IMG/VR virus record: IMGVR_UViG_2061766007_000883
DNA length: 64,000 nucleotides
Direction: 5' to 3' (one strand)
Source: an uncultured virus (IMG/VR IMGVR_UViG_2061766007_000883)
Taxonomy: Duplodnaviria; Heunggongvirae; Uroviricota; Caudoviricetes
Part shown: positions 58,169-64,000 of the stretch, piece by piece
How the letters are laid out: the number at the start of each line of letters is the position of its first letter
Position numbering within the stretch: the stretch's first letter is position 1
The notes under the pieces: generated by a model
Seen by the model: the letters and a program-made list of their open reading frames with translations, nothing else
The model's database searches: none
What the model was told of the DNA's origin: nothing
Program-made: the position numbers and the translations under genes

Positions 58169-58616
58169 CGGAAGCTGTGTCGGAGGCAATCCCGGCAATG
58201 TCGGCGCAGGATATATCTTGATGCGCGGCGGACGGCTGCTCGGAGGCGAAGGCTTCCCGTGCGGCAGAGGGACGAACAATCAAGGCGAGCTTACAGCCGT
58301 GATTGCTGGATTGGACGCAGGTATGGGAAAACTGGTGCAGGGAGAAGACGTGCTCCTCGTGTCGGACAGCCAGTACATGCTGTATGGGTTGTTCGACATA
58401 CGGAAACGTTGTCGTTCCGGCGTCCCGAACAACGACCTGTGGGCAGAAATACGAAAGCGACTGGATTCCCTGGCCGCGAATGGCTCCAAGTGTCTGGCCT
58501 ACTGGGTGCGTGGACATACGTCCATAAGCGGAAACAAGTTATGCGACAAGCTGGCCAATTCAGCCGCGACGTACAACAGGAGGTTCAGACCGCAACAAAA
58601 GGTGTATAATGAGTGA
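58149..58616 (+). CDS. rnhA: ribonuclease HI
   Basis: FTDGSC.GNPG, TNNQGEL, SDSQY, NNDLW, WVRGH and GNKLCDKLA. Confidence 0.92.
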   Translation: MLTVFTDGSCVGGNPGNVGAGYILMRGGRLLGGEGFPCGRGTNNQGELTAVIAGLDAGMGKLVQGEDVLLVSDSQYMLYGLFDIRKRCRSGVPNNDLWAEIRKRLDSLAANGSKCLAYWVRGHTSISGNKLCDKLANSAATYNRRFRPQQKVYNE

Positions 58617-60227
58617 GAACAACCTAGTGCTTGAGCATATCTTCGAGGCCACGGCCCTACGGCTGGCCGGAGAAGGCTCGGAGCTCGCAGGGGCGTGCAA
58701 ATGGAACGACCAGGGCGAGCTCTACAGAATCTGCAAGTGCGCCGTGCTGCGCGGTCCCGACGACGGAACGTGCAAGGCAGGCGAACTCATGCAGTACGAT
58801 TCAGAGATTCCCATGCTGAATCTCAATGTGCCGCAGAATCTGCGTCCTGAGTGCATGCTGGACGAGACGCTGTATGTGTTCCCGAAAGGGGGCGTGCAGC
58901 AGCCGGACGGATATGTGCTGGACACGGACGAAGCCATATCGCCCGATATGAACCTTGTCTTTGCCAATAATCCGCCAAAGGGTTACAGCAGAGGCGTCTG
59001 GTTCATGTCAGGGTACAACCAGCCGCAGGGTTTCTACGCCCTGCAGGGCTGTGCGGTAATCGAAGGATATCCGCAGATGGCGGACATAGCTTTGGTTGCC
59101 TACAGGATTCCGCAGGAGGTCAACGACTTCCTTACGGAGGCGAAACTGGCACTGTCCGACTTCAACACTGGACTTACCATCACAAGGACAGGCAGAGCCC
59201 CGGTACTCGTCATGTCGACGGACGACTGCCTGCTGTACATGCCGCTCATGGCAAAGCGGTTCCGTGAATCCATCCAAGGCATCCTCATGCGCGACGGCGC
59301 CCAGCTGTTTGGCGATGGCTGGTCAGAGGATAAAAGACAGTACAACAAACTAAGCAAAAGGAAAACGACCATGGCAAGAGGACTTTCAAACCCGATCAAA
59401 CCCCAAGGCACATCTGCACAAGCTACACAACCCGCGCCTGCTGTCGCGGCGCCAGTGCCTGCTCCTGCACAAGTGGCAGCACCNNNNNNNNNNNNNNNNN
59501 NNNNNNNNNNNNNNNNNNNNNNNNNNNNNNNNNNNNNNNNNNNNNNNNNNNNNNNNNNNNNNNNNNNNNNNNNNNNNNNNNNNNNNNNNNNNNNNNNNNN
59601 NNNNNNNNNNNNNNNNNNNNNNNNNNNNNNNNNNNNNNNNNNNNNNNNNNNNNNNNNNNNNNNNNNNNNNNNNNNNNNNNNNNNNNNNNNNNNNNNNNNN
59701 NNNNNNNNNNNNNNNNNNNNNNNNNNNNNNNNNNNNNNNNNNNNNNNNNNNNNNNNNNNNNNNNNNNNNNNNNNNNNNNNNNNNNNNNNNNNNNNNNNNN
59801 NNNNNNNNNNNNNNNNNNNNNNNNNNNNNNNNNNNNNNNNNNNNNNNNNNNNNNNNNNNNNNNNNNNNNNNNNNNNNNNNNNNNNNNNNNNNNNNNNNNN
59901 NNNNNNNNNNNNNNNNNNNNNNNNNNNNNNNNNNNNNTCACGTCCGAACAGCCTGCAGCCGCGCAACCCGCTCGTCGTCAGCGTCCGCCGCGTCAGCGTC
60001 CAGCCCGTGCGGCGGAAGGCATCGACTATGAGAAAATCATCGAGATGCTCTCCGCTGAGGACATCGACTACAGCGCCGACTCAGAGAAGGGCATGGCCGT
60101 CATCCAGATGATTGGCCAGATAATCACGCTGGCTGCCCAGTGCTCCGTGCGTGTCACCAAGGACATCGGCGCTGCGGCGGCTCAGGCGGTCGAACTCAAG
60201 GCCACGCTCAAGAGCATGCTTGGCTGA
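58609..60227 (+). CDS. hypothetical protein(s); Pro/Ala-rich second half with a possible separate start at 59371 (large N gap)
   Basis: Frame open from 58609 into the gap; after the gap it reads ...GIDYEKIIEMLS...KSMLG*. Confidence 0.45.
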
Positions 60228-61312
60228 TGGTCAACTACAATGCTTCCAAGGTCATCGAATATGTGGACAGCGTGCCGCTTGCGACTGGTGCGGTAAGCGA
60301 CGAGCCACAGATTAACATGGTGTCCGGAAGTTTGGCCAGCGATGGGACAGCAGGCAACTGTTTCATCGCTGGCGATGTCGAGCTAGGCTATAACTCGTAT
60401 ATGACGGCATGTGTCGTCGGGGAGGGCGTGCATCTACGCATAGGGCACAATTGCGTCCTGCAGGGGTGCGTGTTCCTCTCCGGCGACATTGTCATCGGTC
60501 ATCGGTGCAGGATGGGCGGCGTGTTCGAGGACGGGCTGGCGCGACTGGAGATAGGCGACGACTCCAGTATCGTGGAGGTGGACTTGCGCATGCCTGACTG
60601 CGTGGCTTTGATAGGCGCGCGCTGCAAGGCGGCGTATCTGCAGATGACGCTCAGGAACACGCACATTCACATCGGGGACGACTGCACCATGTTCAGGTAC
60701 GCCGTGCACGATCCAGAAGACATCACTCCGGAGGCGTGCGCCAAAGTCCTGCCCATTGTCATCGGCAACGGTTTCACGCTGTGTCCGCAGAACGTGAACA
60801 GGGCAATTGACATGGAGTCGCGTATTTTCCCGGTAATTCTTGCCACGGACATGGAAAGATGGCGTTACGAGTCAGGCAAACGGTTCGTGGATAGGAAGAT
60901 GGGCACAGAGGTCGATTTGGAGATACAGCTGTTCATCAGACCGAAGGGCATGGATTTCGGAAACGATGTATATATAGGTGTCGGAATTATATCGAAGATA
61001 CCAGGAAAGATAAGTCTTGGAGCAGGCGCAAGGCTGAATGGCAGCGCGTCATGGTCTAGCATATCCAGCGAGACGACGAAGTCTATCAAGTTCATTGTGA
61101 AGAATCTCAAACTGGCGACACGGGCGCAGATGACGGTGCTGCCGCCAACAGGCGGCACGGATTCCAGTGAATGGGCCTATCCTGGCGATAAGTATCTCGG
61201 CTCGCTGGAGCTCGGCTACGAGTCGAATTATGTGGTAAGAAACAATTCCTGCGTGGTGAAGCAAGTGTACCAGGACACGCTGATACCGCCAAAGGAAGTC
61301 TACATGGAGTAG
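60227..61312 (+). CDS. beta-helix (hexapeptide-repeat-like) protein
   Basis: Repeated IGxxC/S units (IGHNC, IGHRC, IGDDS, IGARC, IGDDC). Confidence 0.5.
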   Translation: MVNYNASKVIEYVDSVPLATGAVSDEPQINMVSGSLASDGTAGNCFIAGDVELGYNSYMTACVVGEGVHLRIGHNCVLQGCVFLSGDIVIGHRCRMGGVFEDGLARLEIGDDSSIVEVDLRMPDCVALIGARCKAAYLQMTLRNTHIHIGDDCTMFRYAVHDPEDITPEACAKVLPIVIGNGFTLCPQNVNRAIDMESRIFPVILATDMERWRYESGKRFVDRKMGTEVDLEIQLFIRPKGMDFGNDVYIGVGIISKIPGKISLGAGARLNGSASWSSISSETTKSIKFIVKNLKLATRAQMTVLPPTGGTDSSEWAYPGDKYLGSLELGYESNYVVRNNSCVVKQVYQDTLIPPKEVYME

Positions 61313-61313
61313 T

Positions 61314-61917
61314 ATGTCAGCGACAAAAGATTTCAGAAAGTTGAAAGGGCGCATAAGCGGGCACACCGATGCCAACGGACGGCCGCTCGAAGGCGTGGTG
61401 ACTCGTACAGGTTTGCTTAAGACGGAAGCCGGTCTGGTGATACCGCCTTCCACGTTCAAGGACCAGAGCAGTCACACGGGGCCGCTTGTGCCGTTGACCG
61501 CCGAGGAACAGGCGATGTTCCCGCAGGAAGCCGAAGTAAAGCATATCACAGCGACGTCGGCAGACGCGCCAGCGAAGCCGAAGCCTGTACGCAGGCGTAC
61601 GGTTGCCGCGAAGAAGCCGGCCGAGCCCGTCGTGGCGGAAACAGTCACGGTAGGAATCGTCCTGGAAAACGCGGGCAAGATACCGTCGCAGTATGTGCAT
61701 GTGCATCGCGGAAACGGCGTCCTTGTTCTCGGCATGTGCGAGTTGTCGTACGAGCCGCAGAGGCTGGCGGNNNNNNNNNNNNNNNNNNNNNNNACTGGAG
61801 CAGTATCCGGGTGAACGCTACGGGTATACAGGAAACGAATTTACGGACAGCAACGGAGTGAGGAACATCCTTGCGTTCCGACTGCCTGAGCCAAAGGAGA
61901 AGACAGATGGCGATTGA
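61314..61917 (+). CDS. hypothetical protein (spans N gap)
   Basis: MSATKDF... continues as LEQYPGERY...KTDGD*. Confidence 0.5.
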
Positions 61918-62083
61918 AAAACATGGTAACGAGCATATTCCGTGCACTTTGTGTGACGAAGACGCGCTTCCGGGTACGAATCCGCCAATGTGCGCCAGGC
62001 ACATGAAGGAACAGCTGGACAAGAAGGCGTCCGCCGAGGAGTCCAAGCCTGAGACGCTTAAGGAGCTCGACAATGCGAAGTGA
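61907..62083 (+). CDS. small Zn-finger protein
   Basis: AAGGAG RBS; CTLC...CARH. Confidence 0.55.
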   Translation: MAIEKHGNEHIPCTLCDEDALPGTNPPMCARHMKEQLDKKASAEESKPETLKELDNAK

Positions 62084-62933
62084 GCTGGCGACGGTCATAA
62101 AGGCCGCGCTGATTATGACCCCGATGGCCGAAAGGTCGTCGGGGTTTGTTGTATCAAGGACGCGTGGCGTCGTCAGGCTGTGGCCAGATGGTGAGCGCGT
62201 CATACCCGATGACACGGTGGCAGGTCATTTTCTTGTGCAATTGAAACTGGCTACAAACGACGACGCCCTCAACATGAACACAGAGGGGTATAGTCGTGTC
62301 ATGCAGATATTGAGCTTGGGACCATCGTCCAACATTCTGGCGGTTCCGAGCAATCTTTGGACAAAGTTGCGCGTAATAGCGGGTAGCTACATGCCACGCG
62401 GCACAGATACTTGGACGAGGCGCACACGGTTGTTTCAGGATGACCGCGTGGGGTCCACGTCGCTGTGCGGTTCGCCACGCCCGTTGATGTACAGGGCGCT
62501 TATCAGCATGTTCAGCGGGGAGCAGATGCTGGACATCGCGTTCAACATGGACCTGAGGATGAGACCGCTGTGGGACAACCACGAAGGCATGCGTCTGTAC
62601 ATCATACGGAATTTGTCGAACGACAAGTTCAGATTGCTGAACGACCGCCTGTTCACGACGGCAGGCTTTCTTTCCGAGAACATAACGGACGAGGTCATAC
62701 GCCTGATGTCCAGGACGGATATCATCGCGGGTGACATGAGCCTTGGCATAGAAACATACAATGTAGGGCTTGAGAATAATAAGTACAAAGGAGAAGAACA
62801 TGTCATCAATCAAGATCGGGCAGACGGGACTGAATCCGACAATACCCTTGTGTCCCTGTTGCGGGAAGCCGAAGAACATGATTGCCCTGCTAGGGAGTTC
62901 TGGCGACAAGCTAGCCAAGTCGATGGGGCGTAG
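62073..62933 (+). CDS. hypothetical protein
   Basis: 286-aa ORF whose 3' end overlaps the next gene. Confidence 0.5.
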   Translation: MRSELATVIKAALIMTPMAERSSGFVVSRTRGVVRLWPDGERVIPDDTVAGHFLVQLKLATNDDALNMNTEGYSRVMQILSLGPSSNILAVPSNLWTKLRVIAGSYMPRGTDTWTRRTRLFQDDRVGSTSLCGSPRPLMYRALISMFSGEQMLDIAFNMDLRMRPLWDNHEGMRLYIIRNLSNDKFRLLNDRLFTTAGFLSENITDEVIRLMSRTDIIAGDMSLGIETYNVGLENNKYKGEEHVINQDRADGTESDNTLVSLLREAEEHDCPAREFWRQASQVDGA

Positions 62934-63252
62934 TGACGGGCACATGCCAATGTATACGCACATGCCTGGTGATTTTGTGCCGTGCGACGAGTGTCAGAAG
63001 CGCGGCGTATGCCTGTATGAAGTCGATGTGTATCCCATCAACGAGCATACAAAAACGACCGGACGGTTGTGGCTGCTGACGGATGATGGTCTACGCCGGC
63101 TGATGACTGGCGTCATAGACGCGGACGACAAGACGAAACAGAAGATTATCGACAACATGCTAAAGGCACGGTATGATTTCGTCCCGACGCAAATAGGCAA
63201 TATTATACAGCATGAATTTGAAGTGATGCAACAGCAGCAGCAAGGAGCGTAA
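62800..63252 (+). CDS. Zn-ribbon hypothetical protein
   Basis: AAGGAG RBS; LNPTIPLCPCCGK...PCDEC. Confidence 0.6.
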   Translation: MSSIKIGQTGLNPTIPLCPCCGKPKNMIALLGSSGDKLAKSMGRSDGHMPMYTHMPGDFVPCDECQKRGVCLYEVDVYPINEHTKTTGRLWLLTDDGLRRLMTGVIDADDKTKQKIIDNMLKARYDFVPTQIGNIIQHEFEVMQQQQQGA

Positions 63253-63378
63253 CCGAATGACGCATCTGATAGTGACAACGTTTAAGTTTCTAGTCGGCTT
63301 CATGGTCACGGTCGGCGTGCTTGGTGGCCCGTTCTCGCTGTTGCGCGCATGTGTACGTAAATAAAAGGAAAGACAGAT

Positions 63379-63567
63379 ATGAGCAAAACACAAGGAAACA
63401 ATGACACGGCAGCGCACTACGGATTTTCTGTCCAGAAGCCGGGCGGCGCGGCACAGNNNNNNNNNNNNNNNNNNNNNNNNNNNNNNNNNNNNNGCCGACG
63501 GTTGCTGGAAGTCGCGCAGAAGCTGGAGCAGCAGGCGGCCGAACTACGCAAGATGGCCGAAGGCTAA
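63379..63567 (+). CDS. small hypothetical protein (N gap)
   Basis: AAGGA RBS; MSKTQG...KMAEG. Confidence 0.45.
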   Translation: MSKTQGNNDTAAHYGFSVQKPGGAAQXXXXXXXXXXXXXRRLLEVAQKLEQQAAELRKMAEG

Positions 63568-63587
63568 TTCTATACTCGGAGTATAAA

Positions 63588-64000
63588 ATGTCGCATTCCG
63601 CATGGCATAGGAGACGCATACCGGAATACAGGAAACCCAGGCAGGCGACACGTTTCCACAGTGAACGTGTGGTGCCGGACAAGGACAGGGTTTCCGCAAT
63701 TCTGGGACAGGTTGACGACGCCGTGCAGGAGAGCACCAGGGCGCTTGCAAGGGCGCTTGGGTGCGGACGTCGCACGGCATCTGCGCTCAAGGAAGGCAGG
63801 GCTCTGCCGAGTGCGATAGTGGACGAAGTGGAGCGCAACGTGTTCCACATGGAAGACGGCACCATGCGTGCCCGTATGCTTAGCATGCTGGGCTGGGACA
63901 GGAAGGCGGCGGCAAGTTTCATTGCGAGGATGCAGACGCTGGCGGAGCTTGTGCAGACGTACAGGAGCCAGCTGCCTGCGCCGAGCGACGATATGGCCGT
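63588..64000 (+). CDS. hypothetical protein truncated by the window end
   Basis: ATG at 63588, frame open to the end of the window. Confidence 0.4.
   Translation, partial: MSHSAWHRRRIPEYRKPRQATRFHSERVVPDKDRVSAILGQVDDAVQESTRALARALGCGRRTASALKEGRALPSAIVDEVERNVFHMEDGTMRARMLSMLGWDRKAAASFIARMQTLAELVQTYRSQLPAPSDDMA

Noticed and set aside
1..64000. Stop-codon reassignment, which occurs in some large phages
   Set aside because: Long genes are intact under the standard code, and TAG, TGA and TAA all end genes at sensible positions (for example TAG at 16193, 28669 and 61312).

Overview
This window is part of a large, jumbo-type contractile-tailed bacteriophage genome read with the standard genetic code. 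It is a draft with many N gaps, several of which split genes. From left to right: (1) 1-16.2 kb, a baseplate/tail module containing a sigma-70-like gene; (2) 16.2-20.7 kb, hypothetical genes; (3) 20.7-21.75 kb, a small-RNA locus with tRNA-Asn(GTT), tRNA-Asp(GTC), a degenerate tRNA-Phe-like gene, a CCA-ended mini-RNA, and four tandem RNA units that share a closing stem and carry circularly permuted tRNA bodies or isolated anticodon arms (Y RNA/YrlA-like topology); (4) 21.8-23.9 kb, a hairpin-rich, poorly coding region; (5) a GpA-type terminase large subunit on the minus strand, followed by an AT-rich palindromic origin or packaging candidate; (6) 27.5-52 kb, a replication/recombination module with SbcD, SbcC, an SF2 helicase, an intein-containing DnaB-like helicase, primase, a family A DNA polymerase split by two group I introns (one carrying an HNH gene), RecA, a catalytically dead DnaQ-like protein, a retron-type reverse transcriptase behind a ~430-nt highly structured non-coding region, and an NAD-dependent ligase; (7) 52.3-56.6 kb, a complete phage-encoded ubiquitin-like conjugation operon (E2, JAB, E1/ThiF, two Ubl genes); (8) RusA, RNase H and hypothetical genes. 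The strongest candidates for novelty are the permuted-tRNA RNA array, the RT plus structured ncRNA with no recognisable effector, and the viral Ubl system. All calls come from manual motif and base-pair reading; no database searches were run.
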